In this document: piece after piece, positions 1 to 13,185 of the stretch | How the letters are laid out: each line of letters starts with the position of its first letter | Numbering within the stretch: the first letter of the stretch is position 1 | Program-made: the position numbers and the translations under genes | Notes under the pieces: generated by a model | Seen by the model: the letters and a program-made list of their open reading frames with translations, nothing else | Databases searched by the model: none | What the model was told of the DNA's origin: nothing | Source: Camelus dromedarius | Lineage: Eukaryota | Length of the DNA: 64,000 nucleotides | Assembly (NCBI RefSeq): GCF_036321535.1 | Contig: NC_087437.1 | Location: forward strand, 10,976,001 to 11,040,000 | Reading direction: 5' to 3'

Positions 1-3000
1 CAAAAAAGAAAAAAAAAAAAAAAAGAAAATAACTTCACAAGACCCTGTGTCTTTTCTAGGAGCTGATCTGTGTGCGCTGGGAGCTTCGTGTTGTCCACCC
101 TCTCTCCCCAGCCACAGTGGTCATGTTTCCATTAGCCTGGCCCTCTCCCTGAGACTCAGGGATGATTCTCCCATCCCCTTTCAGTGAATGGGTTTTCTGA
201 GCTACCAGGGAGACACTTCTTAAAACGATGTCACCTTCTTCTGTCCCCAGACCAGCCTGTTCTCTGGGCAACCTCCCGCCATCATGGTGTCTTTAGTGCT
301 CCCAAGTCACAAGTAGGATTCCCTTGAGATAGCAAGTAACAGGTAGAGAGGGGAGCTGAAGAGGAAGATGACTGAAAGGTGAGTCCCACTTCCCCTCCTC
401 TTCGACCTCCCATGCCACCAGCTCTCTGCAAGGAGCTCCCTTATTTCATGAAAACTGTATCCCTGGAACTGATGGCACGGGCTCCTCAGCTTGTGAAACA
501 AATCCTGTGTCACACCATAAACTGCTTCTACCAGCACTTCCATAAACTCTTCAGAGGGCAAGTACACGTGTGTATATATGCATAGAGTATATGTATAAAG
601 TCATGACATTTCCTTACATTTTAAAGGTTACCAATTTTCCTCTTGGAGATTTTCAGTATAAATTAATACATTAGAAGTTCTGAGAATGCTCATCGGAGAA
701 GAAAACAGTGGTTTAAATTGGTCTTAAGCAGCCTTCACCCACAGAACCCCTTTGGGGTGCGTGGACAGTCCCTGTTAATACCTTACAGGACTGGTGTCCT
801 GAGGAAGCCTTGCTGGAGGGGGGCTGGGCTTTGGTTTGATACAGGAACGTGGATAGAAGTCCGCCCAGGGACCCTGCTCTACTCACCCTGTTCCCAGATC
901 CTTGTAGTGAGGGCTGGAGCAGCAGAAGATGCAGGGACCTGTGACTCACCCCTTCCTTCTTTCACTGGCGACCACCCTCCTTTGGTGGGTCCCAGGGGAA
1001 AGGGCTCCATATGAAAGTGTGCCAGCCCCAAATTTGTACGCTATTCTACTGCCAGAGAATAAACATTGAAGTGGAATTTAAGGAGAACTCAAGGGAGCAG
1101 TCTCAGTCTGGAAATTTGCTCTCCTTAAATATGTCGGAAACAACAAAGTTAAAATCAAACAGTGGGGTGACTTAGTGCCATCCCCTCTGCTACTGATACC
1201 AATACCAGAAAATCCTGCCAATCCTGCCACCCCTAAACCTGTTGATAATTTGATAAGTCTCAGGTTTTCCACTCTGCGTCAAAGTTTAGTGACTTCAGTT
1301 AATTCCAAATTCAAGCAAACCTTGGATGTTAATACTGATTAATTGTCAGCCTAATCTTTATTCAAATATGTCAATACACTTAAGGCCAACATAAAAAGGC
1401 AAATATTTGCCCCTTGTGCTAAAGTAACCAACTTTTAAATAATAAATAGACTTTGCTTGAATCACTAATAACCATTTTTAGCCTTTTTCTCACCGGTTTT
1501 GAGAGATCTTGCCTAGCAAACTGTATTTACTAAGTCATTAATTTGTTTTCCCGTAACAAAAATTAATCCAAACACATATCACTTGGCTGCCTTCCCAGTC
1601 AAAAGCAAAGATACTTGCTGAGTTATATTTAGTCACTCAGTTTTGATTTTTTTGTTTATTTTGTCCTACTGCAGTTCGTATTGAAGTAGATGCAGGGAAC
1701 TTCTGCGTTTCTGCTTACTGAACTACCTAATGAATAGGAAGGAGTGAATGCTTGCGCTGCTGACAGGTCTTTAAGAAATGGAATTCGAGCACATTTCAAT
1801 TTGTTCACTCACTTGGTTTTCAGAGGACAACTCTGGGACGTCTCCTCCGGAAAGCCCGTGTCCCCCTGAAATTTCCTATCCTCGGTGTAATAAACCTGTC
1901 ACCAAGATCATAAAAAAAACTGGTAGGGAGCGCTGATCAGATGCAGATCTGTGATGCTCCGGACGCCCCCTCCCCATGTCCTGCGGAGCCCTGCGCTCAG
2001 CCCCTGCAGGCTCCATCCCTCCCCTGCCCTGACTCCGAGGGTGGACTGCACCTCCCAGAGCTGATGGACCTCCTCTCCAGTCCCCTCCGGCAGCAGGGTA
2101 CAGTCGGGAGCTTTTGGGGATTCAGGGTTTTCTTTCTAAGGTACCAGATCCTAGTGGATCTGGTTTACTTTGTCTCGGAATTCACCAAAGACAGATGCAA
2201 AGATCAAGACAGGATCCCAGCTTCCCTTGGAGCAGAGAGGACTCCAACAAGTGAGTTTCAACACTGGTGGGAGTGGGTTAACATTTCTGAGATGGCCGTC
2301 TTTACCCACACCTAGTTCTGGTTTCACCCCCTCCAACTCAGGTCTGCTGAGCAGCTGGGAGCTCCTTGCCCCCCGGAGGGCTGAGCCTGGGTTGAGCAGG
2401 AACAGTGGTACTTCCCTGCTTCAGTGCCAGGAGCTAACAAAATGCTTGTAGAAGCAAAATGTTAGAACTGATTCTTGAGGGAAGAAGACTTGTCCAGTTG
2501 GAAAGAGGAGAGTCTTGGATGAGTCTAGAGAGAGAAGCCGCCCTGGTAGAGCCCTAAGTGGGCGGCAAAACCCAAAAGATGTTCTTGGAAACCCAGTGCC
2601 CTGCTTCCCCCTGAGCCAACACAGGCAAGACTGCACAGGGGAAACGGCTCTGGCGAGTCTCTGAGATTTCTGCCCCCTGAGAGGGCAGACGCAGCAGAAC
2701 GAGACCCCCGCGCAGCACAGGACCCAGGCAAGCGGGGGACAGTTCTGTGCGCTTGGGGTGACCCAGGGCCGCAGGCAGCCCCTCCAGTGCCTTCCACTCA
2801 AGACTGCCTAAGGCCCCCAGGAAATGCGAAAACTGATGTAGACTCGGGTTCCACCACGCTAGGGAGAACAGAGACTTGGATCAGAAATTAGTGAGAGTTT
2901 TATAAATTAAGTTGCGTTCATTTTCTACCAGAGTTACGGGCTGAGATGCTGTCTCCAACCCAAGCTGGAGATAAGGGGAAAGTGGCCTCATACTCCAAGC

Positions 3001-3409
3001 ACAGACAGGTCCCATTAGGCTCTAGGTCAAGAGCTCCCTCCCACGTCTCGCCACCCCCTCCCTCCTACTCCTCACCTGTCTTCCCAAACTCCTGAAACCC
3101 TAGCCCTCTGGGAAGTCAGGTCCCTCCTTCCCCAGAAGCCAGGGGCCTGCCTCTCAAGTGGTCAGTGTGGCCACTAAGGCTTCTGACAAAGGCAGGATGG
3201 TCTGACGTCAAGGACTTCACTTCAAAACCCATAAGGAGGAGCAGGAGGAGAGGACCAAGTCTGTAAGCCTGGGCCCAGCTGTTTGGATGTGAGTGTCAAC
3301 CCAGTAACTTCAGGTGAGGAAAGACAGATGGGAGAATCTTGTGCCTTTTCCATTCACCCTGATTGCTAGTCTTCGGGGTTCTCTCTTCAAGTTTCCAGTG
3401 ACAGTAAAT

Positions 3410-4032
3410 TGTGGGTGATATGGATGAAAACTGTCACCTGCCATAACAGTAAACAGAATATTGCGGCCATCAAGCCATCAGCCACTGCACTTGCCCCAAC
3501 TGTGCATCCTAAGGGAATTCAGGAGAGAAAAAAAACAGGGTACTGGCTCCACGTAGTTAAGGTGCACATCAGAGGAATGATTTCAATGAGCACAGACACT
3601 TGCATCTTCCCATACATGGAAAAGTGCTAAATTCATTAACTTGGGATGTCTGAGTTTTTTAATTTTTGTTTTGTTTAGGTTTTTTCTTTTTTTTTGGTCA
3701 GGGGAGGCAGAAAATTCAGTTTATTTATTTACTTATTTATTTTAATGGAGATACTGGGGATTGAACCTAGGACTTCGTGCATACTAAGCATGCACTCCAC
3801 CACTGAAGCTATACCCTCCCCCTCGTTTTCTTTAATTAACAATCTTTTGATGTTTCAACTACCTGGTTGTTGTTGGAAGACCCCCCTATATCTCCTGGCT
3901 CCTCCCTTATCTCTTTGGAGCAGTCTTTCATTGCTGTCTGAGAGACTGCCTCCCGGGCATATGTCCTCAGAAAGTCCATGGAATAAAACATAATTCTCAA
4001 CTTTTAGGTTGTACATTTTTTTTCAGGCCGCA
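3410..4032 (+). mobile_element. ERV-type solo LTR interrupted by a SINE
   Basis: TG...CA termini with an imperfect inverted repeat (tgtgggtga / tcaggccgca), a TATA-like ctatat near 3886, and AATAAA at 3982 followed by a T-rich U5. No clear TSD. Confidence 0.7.
3655..3821 (-). mobile_element. tRNA-derived SINE (camelid type)
   Basis: Reverse complement gives GGGGAGGGTATAGCT...GTGG (A box), ...GGTTCAATCCCC (B box), then an AT-rich/poly-A tail. Confidence 0.9.
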
Positions 4033-4905
4033 ATGCGGAGAGAAGAAAAGTTTAACTTGCCCCACCTTTGAACACATTACCCGCCTGTACCCACAATAGT
4101 AGTAAGAGTTAAGCACGCACACCCACACCCTGACAAAATAGCAGTTAAAGAGGCAAAGCTCATCATTTTACAAAAACAGGAAGCTGAATCCCAAATTAAT
4201 ACTATAGTGTCACTAAGATCGCATACGTGACAGATAGATTTTGGCAGAGTGCTTTTCTTTGGAGAGCCAAGAAAGCTTTAAAACTTAAAAGTCTTACATG
4301 TAAGCTTTTGTCTGGGTCGTAGAGTCCCTGACCACCCACCTCTGGCAACCACCACCAGAAAAAGACTAAAGCCAAGGCACGAAGACAAATGAGGTAAAAA
4401 TTGCGAGATCTAGTGCAGCTCTGCCATGAATTGTCAAATTACGCATCTCTGTCATTTCCACTCTCACACCAGCCTTCTCTTATCTGAACCAGGTCCCGCA
4501 CCCCTAAAGTCATTTAAAATAGGGAAACTTTCTTCGTAAGATCGCATTCTCAATTGCCCACCCAAGCTCATTAAAAAAAAAAAAATGTGTTTGTGAAACC
4601 TGAGGTAATCCAAATAACCAGTTCTGGCCATTCGTTTTAGCCTGCTCCCTCAACTGGGAGATTCAAGAGCGGCTGAAACACCAAGAAATTAATGACTGAG
4701 CTAAGTTTCACTCCTCACAGCCTACCGTCTGGTGAGATGCCAATGAGTAGCAAGAAACTACGGGCTGGAGGGGACACAGGAGTCCCCAGGCTCAAGGTCA
4801 AGCGCTAGGTTGCCTGGACTTTCAACCAAATCTGGTTTGGGTTTTATTTCTCCAGGTTTCATTAATCATTAGAAATGACAGATTCTTTAGAAAATGTTTT
4901 CCAGC

Positions 4906-5220
4906 TTCCCTCCGCACCCCGCTTCCTTCCTCTCTCCCTCCCTCCTCCCTCCCCATCCCTCCCTTCTCCCTCCTCCCTCTCCCTTCCCTCCCTCCTCCCT
5001 CCCACTTCCCTCCCTCCCACTTCCCTCCCTCCTCCCTCCTCCCTCTTCCCTCCCTGCCTCTTCCCTCTCCATCCCTCCTCCCTCCCTCCCCCTCCCTTCC
5101 CCTTCTCCCTCCCTCCTCCCTCCCTGCCTCTTCCCTCCACCATCCATCCCTCTCCCTCCTCCCTCTCTCTTCCCTCCCTCCCCCTCCTCCCTCCCTCCCC
5201 CTTCCCTCCACCTCTTTCCC
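4906..5220. repeat. Polypyrimidine/polypurine (CCCT/CCT)n low-complexity tract
   Basis: About 315 bp almost entirely C/T on the + strand, with internal repeats ctcccacttccctcc and ctccctgcctcttccctc. Confidence 0.95.
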
Positions 5221-6354
5221 CACCAGAAGTGTTGAGCATTTCTAGGGCACCTGTCACACCATCCATTTAACACTGGAATGCCAGGGGCCTGAAAGTGAAT
5301 GTGAAACTGCCAACGTTGCCTCCAAGTTGCCGCCAAGTAATAGAACTCTGGGCTGTCAGGAAATTCCAGGAGGAAAAGACAACTCACAGGTGGCACCCTG
5401 TGTCTTTGTTGGGAACTATTATTAATATACATTTGCTGAACACTAGGTGTTTGTACTGTCTCCCTTTGAAAGCTTGACGTGTCTCTTTCCATGTGGTCCC
5501 TGAAGAATGGGCAAAGTGGAACTGCTTTTTCTGCAAGTATTTCCTTAAAAACAGAGCTCAGGACATGTGAGTGAGAACGTTAAACATCGATTTCTTTAGG
5601 GGAAACAAGTTGAAGGGTCTGAAACCTGAGTAAGTTAGACAGTGCAGAACTAATCACGCATCTGCTCTAAGAATAATTTGGTGATTTTGTCCCAAATATA
5701 ACAAGTGGGATAATGGGGAATTTGCCTTGCTATAGAAAAGGAGAAAACCCCCTATTTTGCTGTAGAAAAACCTTTATTTTGTATTTCCAGATATCTGTCT
5801 TGTTTTCCACCCTAGCATTTTATTATCAGCACCTGTAACTCTGAAAATGTGTTAGAGTGATTTTTTTTTTTTGCTTAAATTGAATAAAAACATTGCTTTA
5901 CCAGAATATGGTTATGTATGAGAACCAAATAAGCAATCCTGTCCAGTTTTACAACCACGTTAAAGTGGTCGATAACACCCTGCACGTCTTTTTCTGGGTC
6001 TCTTATAACTCTAATAACATTGAAACCATTAGCTATAAGATACTTGCCTTTTGAAAGCAAAGGAAAATGTGGAGAGTGTTTGCCTGTCTTTTTCAAGTGG
6101 ATACTAAAAAGCAGAATCAGAAGGAGGTTCTGGGAAACACAGCACTGGAAACGCAGGGCCAGCATCCGGCAAAACCAGGAAGCCAGTCCCTTCATCTCCC
6201 AGATCAGCCCATTTGGTTCTCTGCCTTTCCTCCCAGTCCTTATATATTATGAAGCACAGCACCTGATAAATACAGAAAATATTTGCAAGCTATGTAAACA
6301 TATAAAACCTAGTTGAGAAAGAAAGGAAAGAAAAGAAGAAAGAACCAGCATCAG

Positions 6355-6530
6355 AGTCAGTGAGCTTGCCTGCGAGTCCTCTTAGCTGTGTGGCCCTGGA
6401 CAGGTTCTTAACCTCTCTGAGCCCTAGTTTCCTCATGTGGAAAATGGAGTAGCAGTATTTACCCTCGAGGGTTTGTTGTAAGAATTAAATGGGATGATGT
6501 ATCGAAAACACATGGTTAGTGCTCAGTGGT
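6355..6530 (+). mobile_element. MIR SINE
   Basis: Core agctgtgtggccctggacaggttcttaacctctctgagccctagtttcctcatgtggaaaatgg. Confidence 0.8.
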
Positions 6531-6963
6531 TTTCCCTGACTAGTCCATGTCAGTTATGCTTTAATATCTGAACATGTCACTTTTCAGGGACAATTTTTAC
6601 TTTTGTGTTTTCATCAGACTCTCTGATGCATTAACTCTAAAGAGGAAGCCTTGTGGGAATTTCCTACATTGTGGCAGATTGGTTGGGAAAGACGGGCTTA
6701 TGACATCAGGGCCTTCGGGGAGTTTATCCAACTACACCAGCAAGATATTTTTTCTGGCATTTTCAGTAAGATCCACCCTGAACCCAGGGCTCTCAGTGTC
6801 ACCAAAGAACTCCTGGCTTCCCTGTTTCCGTTGGGGAATTCGTTTGTGCTGTCACTAGGGTAGATGTGGCCTGGGGCAGGGCATTCAGAAGGACACTGAG
6901 GGATGAGGGTACCTTTGGGGTAGGTGCCTGCTCTTCTCCTAAGATTCTCCAGGAGGTCAGAGT

Positions 6964-7095
6964 TAGGGTTACCAGGTGTCCATATTTGTCTATGACGGTG
7001 CCAGGTTACTCCTGGTGTCCCTGAGTCATTATTAATAGCACCACCCTTTTCACTTTTAAAATTAACCCAGTTTGGAAGATAAATTGATTAAGGGA
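6964..7095. mobile_element. hAT-Blackjack MITE (MER81-like)
   Basis: Begins TAGGGTTACCA and contains attattaatagcaccaccc...ttcact...ccagtttggaagataaatt, resembling the recalled MER81 consensus. Confidence 0.6.
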
Positions 7096-7248
7096 CTGAT
7101 TAGAGCAATGTTTATATGAACAAGGACTGCTAAGTAACAAAAGGGAAAATGATGAAACACACGAATTCATAGGCACAAAGATGCATAGGGTGCATCAATT
7201 TTAAGATACACCACTATGTCATATATCATCAAGATAGAAAACACCCAC

Positions 7249-7634
7249 TGTGCTAGTCTGCGAAGACGGCCGTCCCCAGGTATGGTAGACTGGGTGGCTT
7301 AAACAACACATTTACTGGCTCATGGTCCTGAGGCTGGAAGTTCAAGATCAAGGTGTCAGCTGGGTTGGCTACTTCTGGAGGCCTCTGTCCTTGGTTTGAG
7401 ACGGCTGCCTTCTCCCTGTGTCTTCACAAGCTTCTGCTTTCCTGTGCGTCTGCATCCTAATTTCCTCTTCTTAGAAGGACACCAATCACATTGGATTAGG
7501 ACCCACCGTGAAGACCTTATTTAAATTTCACTAGCCCTTTAAAGACTCTATCTACAGTTACAGACACATTCGGAGGGACTGGGGGTTAGGGTTTCAACAA
7601 AATAACTGTGTGGGATATAATTCAGCCCCTAACA
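7249..7634 (-). mobile_element. MaLR MLT1-family solo LTR
   Basis: gggtggcttaaacaac...gaggctggaagttcaagatcaaggtgtcagc...ttcagcccctaaca, with TG...CA ends and a perfect 5-bp TSD cccac (7244-7248 / 7635-7639). Confidence 0.9.
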
Positions 7635-9299
7635 CCCACCCAGAAAACCCTGGCATGCCCTGGGTTATTCAATGTATCCTGACGTCAGAGGTAACAGAAT
7701 GTCAACGGCTGTGCCCATCAGAACTGCAGGACTCTGAAACACCATGGCTCTGAGATGGGAAGGACAAGTTTTAGTCTATATGCTTTGGTGACAGTGAGCA
7801 TGGAAAAGTGCAAACCTCTTCCTTCAAAGCTGTCACTTCCCCCCTTCCCCCTCCTGAGGGACCTGGGAGAGGAAGGGAGAAGGAAGCCGCCCAGATTGTG
7901 ATCTTGATTGCTTCCCCTCCCTGGAGCCTCACTTCCTGCCAATTCTTCTGTAACATGACAGCTCCTTCCTTCTCCCTCCTTACGCTCGCGCCAGCCCTGC
8001 ACTCACACCTGGACCGCTTGCGCAGCCTCTGAACCCATCTGCCTGCACCCATCCCCCTTTTGTTTACTAGTCCACCCTGACACAAGCATCGATCCACAGG
8101 GCAGCTCTCAGCACTGCGGCCCTGGTCACACCACACCCCAGAGAGAAATCCTCAGCTGGCCCTTCATCGCAGAAGGATAAAAACCAAACGAGTCTTAGCC
8201 TAACAGTTGGGTCAACCTGGCCCCCGGCCCCCAGCCCTTCCAGCTGTCTCGGGTACCAGCATCTCCACCTAGGGGTATTTGCATGCTCGCGCTCTGGGCC
8301 TGTCTGAATGTACCATGTAATTATTACACGTCGTGATTTATGTCTGACTTGCCAACTAACAGCCACCCAAACTCTCGAGACTGTAATGTGCTCCAGTAAC
8401 CACATTGGCTGAGAAAGGACTTGTTTCTCCCTAGCTCCTCCAGAAAGAATGAAAAGTATTTCCCCACCCACTCCCATCCTCCACCCTCAGAGAAGGTAAC
8501 CAGCCTTTGTGCCTGGAAGTCTGACTTCCCTAAGTGTCAGGGAGAGCTAACAGCCTTTCTGTGTGTTTCCTATGGGAAAAGGTGGAGCTGGCCTCCCCCT
8601 TTGTTTTCTGAGGTCTCGGCAGCAAGTTCAAACTGGTGGCCCAGGACAGCCTTGATTTGGGCTCCAAGTGTTTTATGTGCATTTTAAATATTCCTTGCAA
8701 CTTTCAAAATGTGGGAGATTTCCTGTGAAAATCTCAATTTCTGGGTTCTCTTGGAGAACTTCAAGATTTAGCATCTCTGGGCCCTATATGCACACGGCAA
8801 AAATTGGCCAGATCCAAGTCAAGAACTTTTCAATCCACCACTGTCCCTGCCACTCCCTAAGGTCTTAGACCACTTGCATTATTCATTTTTGTACCTGTCA
8901 GTTCTTGTGAGCATCTGAGTTTTCAACCCCCGCTGAGGCCCACCAGGGGGTGAATGGGAAATATCTGAGGGAAGGATGTTGGTGGCTGTGAGCTTCAAGG
9001 GTGGAAGAGACCATGACTACTCTTCTAGCATCCCTTCCTGAGGGGGCAGGACCAGGGATACAGATGGCTGGCTGGGTGCCTGTGAGGTCTGGGCTGGAAA
9101 CGATTTCGCCTTGAGAGTGTCAGTGAAAAGCCCACAGCTGAGCTGGGCGCCTGGAGTTACCCTCAGAGCTGCCCGCAGAGATACCAACTTCAGATGGATG
9201 TGCCAAGAAGCAAATGCATCAGGAATCACATCAGCCAAAGATCCGGCATATCCCCACTTCCCCGCCTAGCATGACCGCCATGGTTCTCGTACAACTAAC

Positions 9300-9813
9300 T
9301 GCAGTAAGTAAATCTGACTCCATGTTAGGTCCGTCCGTTTGGCTCCGACCCTGTGCTCTGTTTCCTGGGCTCAGTCATGCTGGTTCTGCACCTTTTCTAA
9401 AAGAATGTTGCCTAGAGCCTGAAATATACAGGGGAGCCCATTCTCAAGGCTCTGACCTTTAAGGGTGGAACACTTTCCCGTTCATATAGAGATAAAAAGT
9501 TGCAGAACAGAGAATAACATTTGTCTTGTTGGAGGTTTACAGGGACACCGTGACCTGACCCACGTGGACAGCTGCAAGAACAAAGGATTCCGACACCAAG
9601 AGGTTTGCAACAACCAACCACACCCTCTCCCCTTTTCAGTATAAAAAGATCCCAAATTCTGATTTGGAGAAGACAGTTCTCTAGGACATTAGTCCCCCAT
9701 CTTCTCAGTCTGCCAGCTTTCTGAATAAAGTTGCTATTCTTTGTCCCGACACCTCGTCTCCTGATATATTGGCCTGTTGTGCGGCGAGCAGAACGAGTTT
9801 GGACTCAGTAACA
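9300..9813 (+). mobile_element. ERV1-type solo LTR
   Basis: TG...GTAACA termini, TATAAAA at 9640, AATAAA at 9724, and a CpG-retaining U5 (gtgcggcgagcagaacgagtttggactcagtaaca). Confidence 0.8.
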
Positions 9814-11380
9814 GAAGTGGGGTGGAAGTAGGGGGCGTTACCCTGCATCACAACTTGAAGGGACCATTCATGTCATAGTCTATGGGATAACTCCCCCTGT
9901 GGCTGTTCAGTGCAAAACCTGAGTGCCCTGTTATACATATTTATATGGCCGGGGACAGTGTGTGTGTGTCTGTGTGTGTGAGTCCTCTCAAATTGACTGA
10001 TTTGGACTTCTCACCAACTTTGACAGTGGGGGGCCCGGAACTTTAATTAAAAAAAATAAATGTAACATGTCTTACCAAGTGCGGTTTAGCAATTAAATTC
10101 TATAACAAAAAATAAATTCTTCTCACAGAAAGCACATTTGGTTCTCTGTACCCCTCCCTAGTGCTTTGCAAAATAAATGTGTTGACTCTGAATTACAGGT
10201 CCCAGCAGAGGATTTCTCTCCCCAGTAAAAGTTAGATTTCCCATTTTTGTGAGTGACCAGTCCTAGGCAAAATAGGCTCATGCCACCCAGATTTACCTGA
10301 GGTTCACATGTTTTACAATGAAGAGTTTATTAGTGAGTTTCCACTTGTACAGACCAGTCCGTGTGTAGTCTTTCCAGGAGGGAGTTCAAACAAAGCTCTC
10401 TGTCATTAATGCTCTGTCTGCAGCCTTTAAACTTTGAGTTCCTTTGATCAGAAATTCCTCTTCTCAGAAATTGGATCCTAAGAAAATAATCAGGAAATGT
10501 GAGCTAAGATTTAGGGGCATAGATCTTGTAATATAGTAATGACAGCAGCAATAAAAGGAAACAACCTAAATGCTCAACCACTGAGGAGTGAGGAAATACA
10601 TTTCTGTGACGGAGCACCGTACAGCCTCTGAAAATAGTGTGCTCTGGGTTCTGAGTGGTACCAGAAAGTGGTCACCATATGTTTGTGAGACCTCGAAATG
10701 CTCCCAAATATGTTGTTAACATTGCAAAAGCTGTGGCTATTGTTACAAATATTCAGCCTCTTCTCCTCCTTTGACTGTGGGTTCAGTCGTGGGGATTGTG
10801 ACCCCTGGGATGCAAGCAGGTGAGAAGCCAGGGAGGCTTGGGAAGCACTGGCAGGACCTGGCTTGCTCTCCTGAGACTTTGCCACCGTCCAAGAACACAT
10901 CTAGGCGAGCCCGTTTGTTCTAGAGAAGGACAGCAGGCATGTGCAGCCCAACCCCCCACCCCAAGCTGAGCACCGCCTGGTTCCCAGCCCCCAGCACACC
11001 CACAGGGCCCTGAGACTAAAGTACTGTAAACCCACTGATGGGGGGTTTGTTGTGCAGCCTTTTGTGGCAATAATTGGCTAACACAAGAAGAAGGTCTACT
11101 TCAGTTCTAGAAAGATCTTTTCTCCAAAGACATAGCATTTGACAACCTGTGCAAACAGGTCTTGACTTTTCCCTGCAAATGCCCATTTGATCCATGCTGA
11201 GTCCACTGAGGTTCAAAGGGAGAGGACATAATCCCCAGTCCTCCGTGGGAAGGACATCCAGGCCATATTACAGGAAGAACATGTAGGAGGGCGATATTTT
11301 ATGACCTTTTTTGGAAAATGTAATCTACTGTTTAAATTTCTCAGACGATTGCTTTATGAGCACTCTGTGTGAGTTCTTTT

Positions 11381-11530
11381 TTAAAAAATTTTATGTATGT
11401 ATTTTTATTATTTGGGGGGAAAGGTAATTAGGTTAATTTATTTCTCTTTGGAGGGAGTACTGGGGATTGAACCCAGGACCTCATGCATGCTTAGCGTGCG
11501 CTCTACCACTTGAGCTGTACCCTCCCTGCC
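11381..11530 (-). mobile_element. tRNA-derived SINE (camelid type)
   Basis: A/B boxes on the minus strand. TSD gtgtgag(t/c)tctttt at 11367-11380 and 11531-11544. Confidence 0.9.
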
Positions 11531-12009
11531 GTGTGAGCTCTTTTCATTCAATGCATATTTACTGCACACCTACCATAAATGCACCAGTTACTGGTCTAAG
11601 ATGGGAAGCTGAGAAGCGAACATCACAGAGGTGGTCCACGTATTGCTGGGCGAACCAGAGGAAAGCTTCGGGCTCAGACCCGTTAGAAGGACCCCCTAGT
11701 AACTGACCAGATGAGCTGGTTGGCTGGGGGTCAATTCCTAGCGAGTAGCCCAGCCCTAGAGGACCAGAGAATAATTCCAGCTATAGGAGGATTTTGCTGT
11801 GATTGTGTCTGTTGTGATGGAAGCTTTCTTGGCAGCTTCTCTGAGTGTCGAATGAGAAGGCCAGAGCTCTCAAAGGGCTTAGAGTCCAATTCCATTTCAC
11901 TTAAGCCGTTACTATAGCTTTAATGCAAAGCAGGTGCTAGGATTGTGAAAAAGGAGCTAAAGGCAGCTTTGCAGCAACTGCTGACTCAAGGTAACTCAAC
12001 GTAACCCAA

Positions 12010-12660
12010 CATGTGATCCTCAGCACGGAGTGTGGTCACATGGCAACAGCCTTGCCGGGAAGTTTTATAGAAATGCAGTCTCGGGCTCCAATCCTATGAT
12101 AGTGAATCAGAATCTGCATTTTTAAAAAAATAATTTTTCACTGTGGTAAAAAAAAAATACACAGATAAAACTTACCCTCGGGGGAAGGGTAGAGCACGTG
12201 TTTAGCACGCACAAGGTCCTGGGTTCAATCTGCAGCACCTCCATTAAGATAAATAAATAAATAAACCTAATTACCTCCTCCTGCCCCCCCAAAAAACAAA
12301 AAAAGGTAAAAAAAACTTACACTCGATTTCTAAGAGTACAGTTCAACGACATCAAGTACTTTTACATTGTCATGCGGCCGTCACCATCACCTCCAGAATG
12401 CTCTTCATCTTGCAAAACTGACTCTGCCCCCATTAAACAATGACTCCCCATGCCCGCCTCCCCAGGCCCGGAAAACCAGCATTCTACTTCTGTCTTGATG
12501 AATTTGACTACTCCAAGTACCGCGGAGAGAGGACTCATACAGTATTTATCCTTTTGTGACACTCAGCATCTTGTTTTCAAGGTTCGTCCATGTTGTTAGC
12601 AGAATCTGCATTTTAACAATGTCCTGAGTCTGCATGTTGAAGGCTGAGAAGTCCTGGTCT
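12010..12660. mobile_element. MER5A-like hAT element split by an L1 3' fragment (12123-12599, minus), itself split by a SINE (12181-12311, plus)
   Basis: TSD cagaatctgcatttt (12108-12122 / 12600-12614) flanks the L1. TSD aaaacttac(c/a)ctcg (12167-12180 / 12312-12325) flanks the SINE. Confidence 0.85.
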
Positions 12661-12984
12661 ACTAGATGACTGGGCCGGGACGGGGGAGGGGAGGAGGTCC
12701 AGGAGGACCATCCTGCGGGGACTCAGGCTCTCCCCCCTCCTCCCGAAGCCACCCTCTTCAGTCATATCCATAGTCCCCCCATGTGTGAGAGTAGTCATGG
12801 ATTCCTGAGGTCAACCATGCTGGCTCTGATCTACCAACAACTGGACGGCTAAACTGGCCCCTGGACCTCAGAAGTTCCTGGCCCACAGGAACTGCGCTTG
12901 GGAGAGTGTAATTTGTACATCACTCATGCAGCAGCAAGGCAGTTAGAAGTCTGTGGCTGGCCTGCACGGTCAGCAGCCTGCCTA

Positions 12985-13185
12985 ATAACACACACTTGCA
13001 CAGTGCCAACCATGATGCCAAGTCGTTATCAAGCTTTACCATGTTTACCTCTTGTAACAGTCCTAGGAGTAGGACCTATTATGACCCCCATTTAACAGAT
13101 GGAGAAACTGAGGCACAGATGAAGTAACTGTCCTGAGGTCATACGGCTGGCAAATGGTGGAGCCGAGATTTGAAGATGGGACCCT
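12985..13185 (-). mobile_element. MIR SINE
   Basis: ccccatttaacagatggagaaactgaggcacagatgaagtaactgtcctgaggtcatacggctggcaaatggtggagc. Confidence 0.8.

Noticed and set aside
4822..5492. Several Gly/Arg/Glu- or Pro/Ser/Leu-rich ORFs
   Set aside because: Translations of the polypyrimidine/polypurine tract.
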